IMG/VR virus record: IMGVR_UViG_3300025099_000001
Span: 1,605-65,604 of that record
DNA: 64,000 bases
Source: a virus
Lineage: Duplodnaviria > Caudoviricetes
Strand: one strand, 5' to 3'
The notes beneath the pieces are model-generated. The model did not search any database. It was given only the letters and a program-made list of their open reading frames with translations, and was not told the DNA's origin. Of this stretch, positions 22,101-30,864 are shown one piece after another. Each line of letters opens with the position of its first letter. The first letter of the stretch is position 1. The position numbers and the translations under genes were made by a program.

Positions 22101-23018
22101 CTCCGAATAATCTCCTGCAATATCTAAAGCACCATTAGTAATTTTTAAAATACCTTTTGTTGTGGGTACTCCAGTATCTGCATCTCCTGTAATATTTACA
22201 AATCCTCCAAAATCAAATGTTACAGCATCACCAAAAGTTGATGTTGAAGTTCCTAAAAATGAAACACCTACATCTGTTGCTGTATTTCCTTGTGTTAATA
22301 CTTGTTGTAAAGTATGAGGTGTATTAGTTGGACCACTTGACCATTTTACTCCGCTTCCTGTTGATACAAGTGCTTGCCCCGCAGAACCTTTACTATAAAC
22401 AGGTGCTACAGGTGGAATTGTATTACCATCGTCTATAGATATACCTGTAGTCTGAGAAATTTTTAATGCTGTAGAATTAACAAGGTTAAAGTCACCTACA
22501 TTTACGTTTAAACTTCCTCCTACATTAATAGGTCCTGCCCAATTCAAACTTGTTAGTGTATCTCCCGATAAACTACCCGCAACATTTCCTGGTTGAGTAA
22601 TTGAAAAACTTCCGTCTTGTAAATTTAAATTTTGTGACGAAACGGTATTGCCTAAAGTTACTACCTCATCCCATGTTTGAGATCCTCCCGAAATAGTATC
22701 CCATGCAATTCCTGTTCCTGTAGATGTTAATACTTGTCCTGCAGCACCATGAGATCCTTGAGTACCTGCTGAAATTACAGTCGGGAATACATCAACAGCT
22801 GTTAGTATTCCCGTACCTGTAAGTGTTAAATTATTAGCGGCTGAGTTTCCAATGCTTAAAACTGATGTTAAGTCTTGAGCAACTCCACCACCACCTACTA
22901 TATCGCTAATTTTAAAAGTAACCGTCCTATTATTATCATTTACATCTGTTCCAATTATTAAATCAGAACCAGCGGGTGTAATAGTAGGATACGCTGATAC
23001 ATCAAATATTTTAGCCAT
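16107..23018 (-). CDS. Giant tail fibre/adhesin protein
   Basis: 2303 aa, Gly/Thr-rich; shaft repeats, eight GxGY...GxGYxxGD modules, C-terminal YadA-head-like (I/V)AIG repeats. Confidence 0.8.
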   Translation of the reverse strand: MAKIFDVSAYPTITPAGSDLIIGTDVNDNNRTVTFKISDIVGGGGVAQDLTSVLSIGNSAANNLTLTGTGILTAVDVFPTVISAGTQGSHGAAGQVLTSTGTGIAWDTISGGSQTWDEVVTLGNTVSSQNLNLQDGSFSITQPGNVAGSLSGDTLTSLNWAGPINVGGSLNVNVGDFNLVNSTALKISQTTGISIDDGNTIPPVAPVYSKGSAGQALVSTGSGVKWSSGPTNTPHTLQQVLTQGNTATDVGVSFLGTSTSTFGDAVTFDFGGFVNITGDADTGVPTTKGILKITNGALDIAGDYSELRLKGSAGTAGQVLLSQGTTATPIWSNAQIAPTLQNVLDNSAGTAATGTNAIVAVTGNAAVGLSPTEGIIQAQNGAFNLWGDFSEFQLKGSAGTAGQVLISQGIGATPVWGTNGGGGGSGTLTGIGSVNTNYVNTGIDNTVPANPVITSSLVTNNLVQGGPVSLINDTPSVIGTGYNTNGVFDTVAISPSTGTGLKVQITVDGLGGVDEIVAITNPGIGYQQGDTYTITSGNNDAVSSVVAVVSGTYYGQTGGFTVPAGNDWDLSFVATGSVSTTTILNSGAGYPINNTSTNTPTTVTPAGGSGATFDIQTGPSGTINSMTLNAAGSGYSVGDVLSIITGVPPTTPRTLEITSVNSNTITLKNTDAVRTSSVNIDKGSGITLNLDNNNDLTISSNASGGTVTSVGLTSTNSTIGISGSPITSSGDIDIDLPTQTAYSSGTFSNASVTVDDYGIITNITAGTDSPYTLTANAAGTTSTVTNPAGGAGYTATGTVGTQVTSGSGNNDLTVSYTNTGGAIDLNGITVVAAGTGYAVGDTFTVNGGTPGSLVTGTVTVITPTEADISLVNASAVRDTIKIVEGANISITDSGADSITIAATAAAGITSFGLATNPASFTGTVDVTNNTITFVEKVDTIAGAPAVNKSYISLDLSDPLSTFNELTVGLSADTSSLDTTTMLTHYLRADNTWGVPSVAGTVVDSLNTLTGALTLEGSGQSDIGTGGVATFSINAGVPSLYQTMNNVGYPVTFSTTTNSATGSGCMITATNTAGVLSNLSVYSAGKGYQVNDTIDIEEALGYPALSTRVSLNVDTITAAGAIQSFTKPYTNSDLRTKVIETGSPVPSNADPKLQIVFETPQKYDFTETTFTGSTGIDVDRVSDTEIKFTNTAPQTNYGATAPINLDGLNNFELIYTGGDNVVTKANNLVQFNNAVNLTAKGYLQNTDKVLVNDRVQYALSIATPGAFPPNQQYNNVPTTVSPAGGTGLTISFLTDNNGQIVATNNSIEVTNDGSGYNSSDVLQIAAASLTPAGTVDAFLNITSVTADKASYIEISQLADAVNTTSSWALNGDTGTANITDNSIVSLLGGDGLNVTVVAGTTNTATITGSVFTLGDGLTTNGVQGFVPGPLIADFGTNKFLKVNGTWALPVTSINTLTDGIELVGSGDITLGVSGVASVVTVLTNQGSGYALNGIYATTVAPSGGTGLTLKVTAVGAAGEAQQVSVYSAGQGYTANDVVTLIGQSSSGTANTTVFTLTADNTIVVSTTESADVYDIKMSESSLGVATDPNLTLTRTNINGSAIVADNIQVLGETGIKVARNSDNAVTISAMIDGSGDITIGESGVESLTGVIAGGTGYVVNKIYSTTSSISGAGATIKVTGVNGNVVTTGVIYSKGRGYAIGETLTLIGLGSGNNATFDVNTITDENRIQISNVQDLEDGVTSVNSLEGDIDIKSSGDIIIGINGVETLNNATLSGGTGYVADRTYRTTGGGGTGLTVLVTGVTVGGVPSAVSVFAKGQGYTSGAVTLIGQGSDGGCTINISTLTSANDIQVSSSLTDLSQFTNSPGYTAISGGTQYFLAKFNQLGTTVENSNFIDRPTGLKELQGIGPNATTNEHYQLLISGTGYIGLTTTAASNTVRLGSGYLGTENDGTAVDSVYVGYNSGESITDGYSNTFIGKGAGADITTGFETTYIGKSAGAGTNNTNSRRSVAIGALAAQNAYGDGDVFIGRSAGNGNTNVTASPGTAQLMERVAIGLNAMSGLVSGTTVLQGNNRYSVAIGAFAGNAPGSTATGPLVGFRTHIGYKAGANEQGQTNPADNSGQIAIGTYAMWNHTSFKRGAIAIGEKAYTDTINAAPVIQSSWDVSIGAYSFGANGSFYPEITGEGNIAIGYLAGTDSTQATSMAGGTIAIGKRSRALNIDTIAIGADAAAGGNNIDNAIAIGKSAIAAVQNSLVIGKGAEASGAGIYIGSSSNPIGNVVNSSAGTLLNYLPITIDGTAYKIPLGT

Positions 23019-23030
23019 ATAGTTTCATTT

Positions 23031-23303
23031 TTACTTTGTTATCTTTAAATCAGGAGTTTCTTCTTCTGGTTTTTCTGTTACCTCTCCTGTTTCTAAATTA
23101 ATGGTAGCATTTTTTCCATACTTTTCCATTAAAGGTCCTTCTTCTGCCTTGAAAGATTCTCTAATTTGAGAAATTTTTTCCATTAGCTGATTTTGTTGTA
23201 AAACAGTATCACCTAACTGTAATTTTAATTGATTATATTCTTGTTGTAAAGCTTGTAATTTGTTTAATTCTTCACTTGTTAATTTTACATCTTTTTTTGC
23301 CAT
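23031..23303 (-). CDS. Coiled-coil protein, possible fibre assembly chaperone
   Basis: 90-aa heptad-rich protein between fibre genes. Confidence 0.45.
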   Translation of the reverse strand: MAKKDVKLTSEELNKLQALQQEYNQLKLQLGDTVLQQNQLMEKISQIRESFKAEEGPLMEKYGKNATINLETGEVTEKPEEETPDLKITK

Positions 23304-23362
23304 TATAGTATTATTTTATTGATTAATATTTCAACAAAGATACAAATATTTTTATTATGAAA

Positions 23363-24253
23363 TTATGTTGGAACATTGGTACTCCAAGTAGGAGTATTGA
23401 CGCCTGAACCAGTAAATGAATTGGTTGAACTATCAGCGTAAGAAGTGCCAGTTCCTTCATTAAATCTCCACCATGCTGTTAAGTTAGACGACTGATTGTA
23501 ATTACCAGAATTTGTGCTTAAATCTATAGGTGCTCCTGAATTATAAATAGCTGCTATATTTGTAGCGTTAAGTGCTGTAGCAAATACTGCATAATTATTC
23601 ATTTCACCATCAAAATAGTTTGTATTACTTGCTCTTCTCCAAACCCCTAAACTTGAATTACCATTGTAAGCCAAAGTAACATTTTGATTTCCTGATTTTA
23701 CATAAGTGCTTGGATTTACTACAGAACCATTTTTATAAATACGCCATTCGTCTCTATCTTGTGTAGAACCCATACTACCTGACGGTACAACAATAGCCAA
23801 GTGATACCATTGTCCTGCTGAAACAGCTGAGTTGGCTGTTCTACAGGTATTTCTATTATTACTACCAGACCCTGCAAAACCTTGATTTAATCCCATAACA
23901 TGAAATACTAAAGACCCATTTCCGTTAACTACCATTTTTAATCCATAGTAACTATTAGTACAGCAATTTCCTAAGTCATAAATATACTCTCCACCTGAAA
24001 GTGAATCAATATATACCCAAGCCGTTAAAGTAAGTCCGCTACTATTAATAGATGCTTGAGATGGATTTAATGTTGAAGAGGTTTGATTTCCTAAATCAAT
24101 ATATTGCGAACTACCGTTTAAGTCTACAGAATAATCAACTGCAAATCCCGATGGCACATCAACATCGTTTAATTGAGATATTGTAGATTTTTGAATAGAA
24201 TCTATACTACTAACAGAACTAATATCTACACCTTGTACCTTTGATATAGACAT
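23363..24253 (-). CDS. LamG/concanavalin-like lectin domain fibre-tip protein
   Basis: TLTAWVY, WYHLAIV, FDGEMNNYAVF and WWRFNEGTG motifs of LamG domains. Confidence 0.8.
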   Translation of the reverse strand: MSISKVQGVDISSVSSIDSIQKSTISQLNDVDVPSGFAVDYSVDLNGSSQYIDLGNQTSSTLNPSQASINSSGLTLTAWVYIDSLSGGEYIYDLGNCCTNSYYGLKMVVNGNGSLVFHVMGLNQGFAGSGSNNRNTCRTANSAVSAGQWYHLAIVVPSGSMGSTQDRDEWRIYKNGSVVNPSTYVKSGNQNVTLAYNGNSSLGVWRRASNTNYFDGEMNNYAVFATALNATNIAAIYNSGAPIDLSTNSGNYNQSSNLTAWWRFNEGTGTSYADSSTNSFTGSGVNTPTWSTNVPT

Positions 24254-24254
24254 A

Positions 24255-25934
24255 TTAACTTAGTGTTATATATGTATTGTCTGGATGAAAAAACATTTGT
24301 CCATTGGTACTGTCAAGTAAAGTACCAACAATTCTTACTACTTTTTGTGATCCTGATGGCGGTTCAGTTGTTAAACTACCTGCTGTTGTGCTGATATATA
24401 AAATGTCTCCATTATCTCCTGGATCATAACTTAAAGTAAACATTCCTCTTGTTAACATACCTACCGTTCCTGAATTACCATTAGCCACAGACATAGCTAA
24501 CAATCCTTTTGATGTAGACTCTGCATCAGCATCAGCTGAAATCCAGTCTCCACCTGAATAAACATAAATTTTTCCTTTAACTACAGTAGTGCCTCCTAAA
24601 TAAACAAGTTCTCCTTGATAATCATTGTCTGTTGTTGATGTTTTATCTAATCTTGTATTAGAGTTCCACGTTCCTGTAGTTACAGTTCCTGTAGTTACTA
24701 AGTTAGATAATGAAGTCACAGCAGAAGAGTCAAACCCTATTGTGCCTGAACCTGTAATTGTTCCACCAGTAATTGGTGATGATGTCGCTACTGATGTAAC
24801 TGTTCCAGAATTTTGAGTTATGGTAGTCCACTCCATTCCTGACGCAACACTTTTTAAAAACTTTCCAACCCCTGGGTCTCCATCTATTTGTATACCTCCA
24901 GTTGCCGAAAGTAATATATCTCCTCCTGACTCCATATCAATATCACTTGTTACAGCTAAAACATCTGAAAAAGTTTTACCGCCTGAAATTGTTTGTGTGT
25001 TATTTGTAAGAACTACTGTATTATCTACAGATATAGTTCCTGAACTTGTGATTGTTCCACCACTAAGGCCAGTTCCTGTAGCAACTGAAGTAACTGTTCC
25101 TGTGTTAGTTGTAGCAGAAGTATTTATAGTAACAGTAGCCCCACTACGAGATGTTGTAATATTAGTTCCTCCAGCTATATCTACACTTTCTCCGTTTGTA
25201 ATTGTTTCACTTCCCCCACTATCTGCTGTAAGAGTCCAGCTTGACATTGAACCCGCTGAAGTTAAATAGCCAGAATCATTTGTCCATTGTGATATATTAC
25301 CAGATTTATTAGTAAATGTCTGTGTATTAGAAGCTGTTGTAGTCCCTGTGTTGGTTGTATATCCCTCTCCGTTAGTTAATTGGTTGTTGTTGGTAATACT
25401 ATTATTAAAAGTAACTGTTTCGTTAGATGATTGATTTAATGTAATCGTTCCTCCACCTGTTAACCCTGTTCCAGCTGAAAAAGTTATAGTAGCGTTATTT
25501 ACAGTTGGTAATGCACCATCTACATATGCTTTTGTTGCAGCGTCTTGTGCAGATGATGGATTGGCCATTCCTGTAATAGCATTAGCACCCATTGCAATAC
25601 CTGCCGACATATTTGCACCAGCAAGACTTGATGATGCCGTTGTAGTAAGCCCACCTGTTATGGTTGACCCTACACTTGTAGTTGCAAGTTTTAAACTTCC
25701 CGCACAATAGAGAGATACTGCTCCGCCATCAGTAGCAATAATCATATTTTGAGTATCTGCAGCGTTGTTTATCACAACACTTGCTGAATTAATTAATAGT
25801 TGCCTACCAAGTAATGAAGTTATTTTATTTTGGTTTGTTGAAGAATCATGATAAATTTCAAAATCCGTACTATTTCCAAACTGTAACTTTGCATCGTCAG
25901 AAAAATTAGTAGATTGAAGAAAATTGATAGCCAT
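24255..25934 (-). CDS. Tail fibre protein
   Basis: DAATKAYVD, GTVTSVATGTGLSGGTIT shaft repeats; MAINFLQ N-terminus. Confidence 0.75.
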   Translation of the reverse strand: MAINFLQSTNFSDDAKLQFGNSTDFEIYHDSSTNQNKITSLLGRQLLINSASVVINNAADTQNMIIATDGGAVSLYCAGSLKLATTSVGSTITGGLTTTASSSLAGANMSAGIAMGANAITGMANPSSAQDAATKAYVDGALPTVNNATITFSAGTGLTGGGTITLNQSSNETVTFNNSITNNNQLTNGEGYTTNTGTTTASNTQTFTNKSGNISQWTNDSGYLTSAGSMSSWTLTADSGGSETITNGESVDIAGGTNITTSRSGATVTINTSATTNTGTVTSVATGTGLSGGTITSSGTISVDNTVVLTNNTQTISGGKTFSDVLAVTSDIDMESGGDILLSATGGIQIDGDPGVGKFLKSVASGMEWTTITQNSGTVTSVATSSPITGGTITGSGTIGFDSSAVTSLSNLVTTGTVTTGTWNSNTRLDKTSTTDNDYQGELVYLGGTTVVKGKIYVYSGGDWISADADAESTSKGLLAMSVANGNSGTVGMLTRGMFTLSYDPGDNGDILYISTTAGSLTTEPPSGSQKVVRIVGTLLDSTNGQMFFHPDNTYITLS

Positions 25935-26012
25935 TAAAAATAGATTTTTACAAATATACGAATTAAATTAAAAGCGTTTTGCTAATAATCTAATCCGTAT
26001 ATGTAAGTTTGA

Positions 26013-28631
26013 TTAAAGTATCTCAGTAACTAAAACTCTAACAGAATCATTAGCTAAAGCCTCAACTGTACTTAAAGTAACTTGACTTGTAGAATTTCTT
26101 TCAACTTGAAGCTCTACTGTTCCATAAGGTGAAGCAGTGTAATAACATTGAACCATAACGTCTCTTGTTCCTAAGTTATGAGTAACAACATATGTTGTAG
26201 CAGAATCATCTCCAATATCTACTGCGTAATTATGATTGTTACCAATACAAGTTGTTACGGCTGCACAAAAATCTGTAATTTGTGATGCAGGAATAGCAAT
26301 ACTTGCATCTGCCATTGCTGTAACTCTACCCTTAGTATCTATAGTAGCTGTTAATGATTTTGTAACCCCACCGTAAGATCCGTTAGAAGTTTGAGTTGCC
26401 ATACTTACAGCTCCATTAGAAACTGAAAGTCCACCCGCAGTTGGGAAGTTAGCAATACCTTGAACTGTTGCTGATGCAACGTCAATGTTTTTGTTAATTT
26501 CAGTCCAATCAGCTGCCGATGCAGGATTATCTATATTAGCAATAACTAAATCACCAATTTCTAAAGTAGGACTCCAGAAGCCTGAAGCATTACCTGCTGC
26601 TGTTACAGCATAAGTAAATCCTTTTAATATTCCTTGGCCTGTACTTGTTAAGTTTGGAGTATTTGTACTTGCATTATATCCTCCTTGATAAATTAAAGCT
26701 CCTGAACCTGAAATACTTGTATCTACATAATTTTTAGATGCGGCATCAGTTGAAGCAGAAGGTGTTGTTGGCACAGTTACTTGTCCTGTAAATGAACCAG
26801 TACCCGTAACACTTAAATTACCACCTGTCATCGTTAAGTTGTCTCCAACTGTTAAATCCGATGATATAGTTACATCATTTGGTAAGCCAATAGTTATATC
26901 ACCTCCGTTTCCTGTACCAGGAGTTGTTATTTGTATTTCATTAGTAGTTCCAGAGAATTTAGCCGTTGTTGTAGAACCTCCCGAAGAACCAACTAAAGAT
27001 AATGTAGATTCATTTGACGATACAGCCCCTACACTTAACGCATAATTAGCATCAGTATTAGTAGATGTGTTAGTTATTGTAACGCCTCCAGTAGAAGCAC
27101 TAACGCTTATTCCTGTACCTCCCGTAACTGAAGTTACCCCTGTATTTGTAAAGGTAACTGATCCCGTAGCTGAACTAACACTAATACCTGTGCTTGCCGC
27201 TGCCTCAATAACCCCGTCATTAGTAAGAGTCATTCCTGTAGCAGTTGTTGCTGTAGATATACCGTCTCCACCCGCAATATCAGCAACCGATGTACTTGTT
27301 ACATTTAAGTTTGTTCCTGTATCACCTTGTAAAGTCCAGTATTGATAATTATCACTTGAAGGTACAGTAGGCATTGTAACAGTTTTTGTATTAACAGCTG
27401 TTACGTGACCTGTAGTATTAGTAGTAACCGAGTCAATAGCAGTAAATGTTCCTGCTGATCCTGGAGAAGTGGAGCTTGTATTGTTTGTTCTTGATGTTGT
27501 ATCGTGATCAAGAGTAACTGTTCTTGTTCCTCCAACTGCCCCTGTAATATATGTTCCACCAACTACATCTACTGTTTCTCCATCACTTACCGTTTGATCT
27601 GTTCCTGAAGTAGAGCCAATTTTCCATGTTGACATTGCCCCTGAAGAACCACTTGAAGCAGAAGTAATACGCCCTTGCTGGTCAACTGTAATAGATGCTA
27701 AAGTATATGAACCAGGAGATACTGCTGTATCATCAAGAGTAATAGTTAAATCATCCGATGCACTTGCAGCTGTTGTTAACCCCGTTCCACCAATAAAGGT
27801 TGCTGTATTTCCATTAACAATACTTTGAGAACCACTGTCTCCTGCTAAATTCCAAGAATTCATAGAACCTGTTCCTCCAGTGTATGCTATTGTTACTGCA
27901 CCTGTTGCACTACTTACAGATATATTTGATCCTGCTACTGCAGAAGTCACACCATCATTATCTATAGTCATTCCACTTGCTGTAGTCGCTGTAGAAATAC
28001 CCGTGCCACCTGCAATATCAATTGTTGTTCCGTCAGTTACCGTTCTATTAGTACCTGAATCACCTTGTAATGTCCATGAAGTATATCCACCAGGTACTGC
28101 TGCCCATGTATTATCACCTCTTAAGAAAGTAGAAGAACTTGGTGTTCCTCCTGCTGATAAATCAATAGTACCCATTGTTACAGCTCCCGTTGCTGAAGAG
28201 TTTGCTGTGCCTGCCGAAATAAATGTTCCGTTAGCATTTGTAAATGATGTTACCCCTAATGTAGCAGTACCATTTGATGCTGCAGTTATAATACCTTGTG
28301 CATTTACAGTAATACTTGCATGAGTATATGATGTTGCAGTTACGCCAGAACTTGGCATATTAACTGCTATTGTTCCACTACTTGTTATTGGCGAATTACT
28401 AATACTTAAGTAATTACTTGAAACACCTACAGAAGTAACTGATCCGCCTGTGCTTAATTCCTCCCAAGAGTTAGATCCTTTGTGTAAATAAAGCTCGTTA
28501 GTATCTGTTTTATATATTAACTGACCCTCTCCTGCCAAACTTGACGGAAGTGTTCCTGTTAAATTTTGTACCTTAAAATTTGTTAATTGCGTATTGTTTA
28601 AGGATACGTCTTGTAAAAAATTAATTGCCAT
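26013..28631 (-). CDS. Tail fibre protein
   Basis: WTLQGDSG..DIAGGTGI repeats, ASITVDQQGRITSA motif, DAASKNYVD; C-terminal VTHNLGT domain. Confidence 0.75.
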   Translation of the reverse strand: MAINFLQDVSLNNTQLTNFKVQNLTGTLPSSLAGEGQLIYKTDTNELYLHKGSNSWEELSTGGSVTSVGVSSNYLSISNSPITSSGTIAVNMPSSGVTATSYTHASITVNAQGIITAASNGTATLGVTSFTNANGTFISAGTANSSATGAVTMGTIDLSAGGTPSSSTFLRGDNTWAAVPGGYTSWTLQGDSGTNRTVTDGTTIDIAGGTGISTATTASGMTIDNDGVTSAVAGSNISVSSATGAVTIAYTGGTGSMNSWNLAGDSGSQSIVNGNTATFIGGTGLTTAASASDDLTITLDDTAVSPGSYTLASITVDQQGRITSASSGSSGAMSTWKIGSTSGTDQTVSDGETVDVVGGTYITGAVGGTRTVTLDHDTTSRTNNTSSTSPGSAGTFTAIDSVTTNTTGHVTAVNTKTVTMPTVPSSDNYQYWTLQGDTGTNLNVTSTSVADIAGGDGISTATTATGMTLTNDGVIEAAASTGISVSSATGSVTFTNTGVTSVTGGTGISVSASTGGVTITNTSTNTDANYALSVGAVSSNESTLSLVGSSGGSTTTAKFSGTTNEIQITTPGTGNGGDITIGLPNDVTISSDLTVGDNLTMTGGNLSVTGTGSFTGQVTVPTTPSASTDAASKNYVDTSISGSGALIYQGGYNASTNTPNLTSTGQGILKGFTYAVTAAGNASGFWSPTLEIGDLVIANIDNPASAADWTEINKNIDVASATVQGIANFPTAGGLSVSNGAVSMATQTSNGSYGGVTKSLTATIDTKGRVTAMADASIAIPASQITDFCAAVTTCIGNNHNYAVDIGDDSATTYVVTHNLGTRDVMVQCYYTASPYGTVELQVERNSTSQVTLSTVEALANDSVRVLVTEIL

Positions 28632-28651
28632 AGCGTTTCTGTTTTTTTATA

Positions 28652-29044
28652 TTAAAATTTATAGGTTAAACTTAATTTAAGTTCTCCCTCACTGTCTTCT
28701 GATTCCATGTCTAATAAATAGGATGGTTCAATATATAGTTCGTTCCATACATTTAATGCATATCCTACTCCTAATGATATTTCTTCTTCTTCAGTCATTA
28801 AACCATATGCATACAAATGGTCTCCAAAAGAATATCTTGCTACTAAATTATAATCATCTCCATTCATCATTATTCCTGCACTTATTTTATCCATAGAGTA
28901 CAATACTCCTATGTTATCTGTTAAGTTATCTAAACTCATTTCTTCTCCATCTGCTGGCGAACTTACCATACTTGTTACCATAAATTGTGCTGAAGCTACT
29001 GATGTAAATAAACTTAATAATAATACTAATAATATATTTTTCAT
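28652..29044 (-). CDS. Small outer-membrane beta-barrel protein
   Basis: Sec signal peptide (MKNILLVLLLSLFTSVASA), alternating beta-strands, C-terminal LSLTYKF BAM-type signature. Confidence 0.7.
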   Translation of the reverse strand: MKNILLVLLLSLFTSVASAQFMVTSMVSSPADGEEMSLDNLTDNIGVLYSMDKISAGIMMNGDDYNLVARYSFGDHLYAYGLMTEEEEISLGVGYALNVWNELYIEPSYLLDMESEDSEGELKLSLTYKF

Positions 29045-29056
29045 TTTTTTGTTTTT

Positions 29057-29776
29057 TTAGTTAAAATATGCTTTTCCATTAGTTGGATCTGCAAATGTTA
29101 TTGTTACTTGATTCAAAGAATCATATTCTACTTCTCCATAAACAGTTATGTTTGCATTGTTCACAACACTTACTGATGGGTATTTATTTAATCCGTGATT
29201 TACCACCCAAGGGTTTGCATTTGTAGCTTGAGTGAACACATAATTTTTATCAGCTGACGTTGGACCATACGTGAGCAAAGATATAAAATAATCTTTGTTA
29301 CTATTTAAGCTACCTGAACCTACTAAATAACTTAATGTTATATCAAAAAACTCAGTTTCTTGAGGATTTTGAGTGGCACTATTCCATAAATAAAGTCCAA
29401 AAACAGAAGGATCATCACATTGTGATATCAATACAGTTGATGAAACTAAAGGGATTGAATAGTAGGAAGATACATTTACCGTAGATTCAGTCATAAATTG
29501 ACTTAACATAAAAGAATTTATGTTTGAAAACAAAGGATTACCTGCGTCTGAATTTGAAAATGATATTGTTCCAGGATTTCTTACATCTCCTTTTTTCCAA
29601 TTTTGATATTTATATCTTAATGCATTTAATTCTATTTTATTGTAAGTATTTAAAAACTTAGCAACATCATTAAATGTAAAGTTTTTTGTAGCTCCGCTAT
29701 TTAATACGTCAGTACCAATAACTTTATCAGTACCTATTATGGTGCTTTGAATTGGATACGAACCTATTTTAGCCAT
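29057..29776 (-). CDS. Fibre anchor/adaptor protein
   Basis: N-terminus similar to that of the 2303-aa fibre (MAKI..YP..IGTD..TxxFxxxD); C-terminal VNHGLNKYPSV domain. Confidence 0.55.
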   Translation of the reverse strand: MAKIGSYPIQSTIIGTDKVIGTDVLNSGATKNFTFNDVAKFLNTYNKIELNALRYKYQNWKKGDVRNPGTISFSNSDAGNPLFSNINSFMLSQFMTESTVNVSSYYSIPLVSSTVLISQCDDPSVFGLYLWNSATQNPQETEFFDITLSYLVGSGSLNSNKDYFISLLTYGPTSADKNYVFTQATNANPWVVNHGLNKYPSVSVVNNANITVYGEVEYDSLNQVTITFADPTNGKAYFN

Positions 29777-30180
29777 TACCTGTTTTTTATCTTAGTTCCT
29801 TTTTCATATGAACGGCCACCAAAGTATGCCGCAACTGTAGTCATGAGTATAAGTTTTAATAATTCTTTCCACTCATCATCAACTACAAAGGTAATAAAAC
29901 CTGAGTCAATAAAAATAAGCACAATTGTGCTTAAAATTAAAAATATTAGTACAGCAGGTCTTACCGTTTTAGATAAAATATTGTCAGATGACATATCACT
30001 TTGCCATCTTTCCGTAATGTTTTTTTGTTCACTGGCTGCTGCTTGATTAAACACCTCAAACATAGCTTTTTTAGCTTCTATTTTTTCATCAGGGGTTTGA
30101 ACAAAGCGATCAACAACATCACCCACTTGTTTAGCCACGTCCATTCCTTGTGAACCGAAAATTTTAGTCCATATATTCAT
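29776..30180 (-). CDS. Holin (3TM/GTA-holin-like)
   Basis: RWQSDMSSDNILSKTVRP and AYFGGRSYEK motifs with hydrophobic segments; adjacent to the endolysin. Confidence 0.7.
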   Translation of the reverse strand: MNIWTKIFGSQGMDVAKQVGDVVDRFVQTPDEKIEAKKAMFEVFNQAAASEQKNITERWQSDMSSDNILSKTVRPAVLIFLILSTIVLIFIDSGFITFVVDDEWKELLKLILMTTVAAYFGGRSYEKGTKIKNR

Positions 30181-30593
30181 TTTATATCTTTGTATTCTTC
30201 TTTTGCGTCAAAACTTGGACACATTTTAGAGGAAAAATCTCTATGTCCATAAATTATAGCCTCTTTATGTGCTTTTTTTAACATTTTAAGCAAAATAATT
30301 AACGATTCTTTTTGTTTTTCTGTTCTGGTGTCTTCCCATTCATTCATTTCTTTGTCCATTCCTCCAATATAACAAATTCCTAAACTATCATAGTTATGAC
30401 TTGAAACGTGTGCTCCGTATTTATCTACCATTCTACCGTATTCTATAACACCATCAAGTCTAATTACAAAATGATAGCCTATATCATCCCACCCATTACC
30501 TTTTACGTGCCAATCTCTTATATCTTCAGCAGAAAAATCTTTATTTCGTGGAGTAGCAGAACAGTGAACAATAATTTTTTTTATTGTTCTCAT
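30177..30593 (-). CDS. Endolysin, N-acetylmuramoyl-L-alanine amidase (T7 lysozyme-like)
   Basis: IIVHCSAT, GWDDIGYHFVI, GAHV..HN..SLGICYIGG, GHRDF..KMCPSF Zn-amidase motifs. Confidence 0.92.
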   Translation of the reverse strand: MRTIKKIIVHCSATPRNKDFSAEDIRDWHVKGNGWDDIGYHFVIRLDGVIEYGRMVDKYGAHVSSHNYDSLGICYIGGMDKEMNEWEDTRTEKQKESLIILLKMLKKAHKEAIIYGHRDFSSKMCPSFDAKEEYKDIK

Positions 30594-30596
30594 AAT

Positions 30597-30863
30597 TTAC
30601 TTTTTTAAACTATAAATTCTATCGTCTAATCTATTAAGAGTTTCTTTCATTTCTAACATTTCTGTTTTAATAAAAACTAACTCTTTTTGTATCTCTATCA
30701 TTTGTTCTGTAGGCGTTTGACTTGGCTTTGGTAATTCTTTTGCCTCTTCTATTTGAGCTTGTAAAGAATAATACATTCCTACCATACTTCCTACTAACAC
30801 AATTATAGTGATAAAATTTTTAGGACTTAGACTGACTTTTGTGTTTTCAGAAATTACTGTCAT
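30597..30863 (-). CDS. Membrane-anchored coiled-coil protein (lysis accessory)
   Basis: One TM helix plus coiled coil, upstream of the endolysin. Confidence 0.5.
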   Translation of the reverse strand: MTVISENTKVSLSPKNFITIIVLVGSMVGMYYSLQAQIEEAKELPKPSQTPTEQMIEIQKELVFIKTEMLEMKETLNRLDDRIYSLKK

Positions 30864-30864
30864 A

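Noticed and set aside
17767-28323. Many plus-strand ORFs antisense to fibre genes (also 55990..59355)
   Set aside because: Shadow ORFs caused by Gly/Thr/Ala codon bias on the coding strand.
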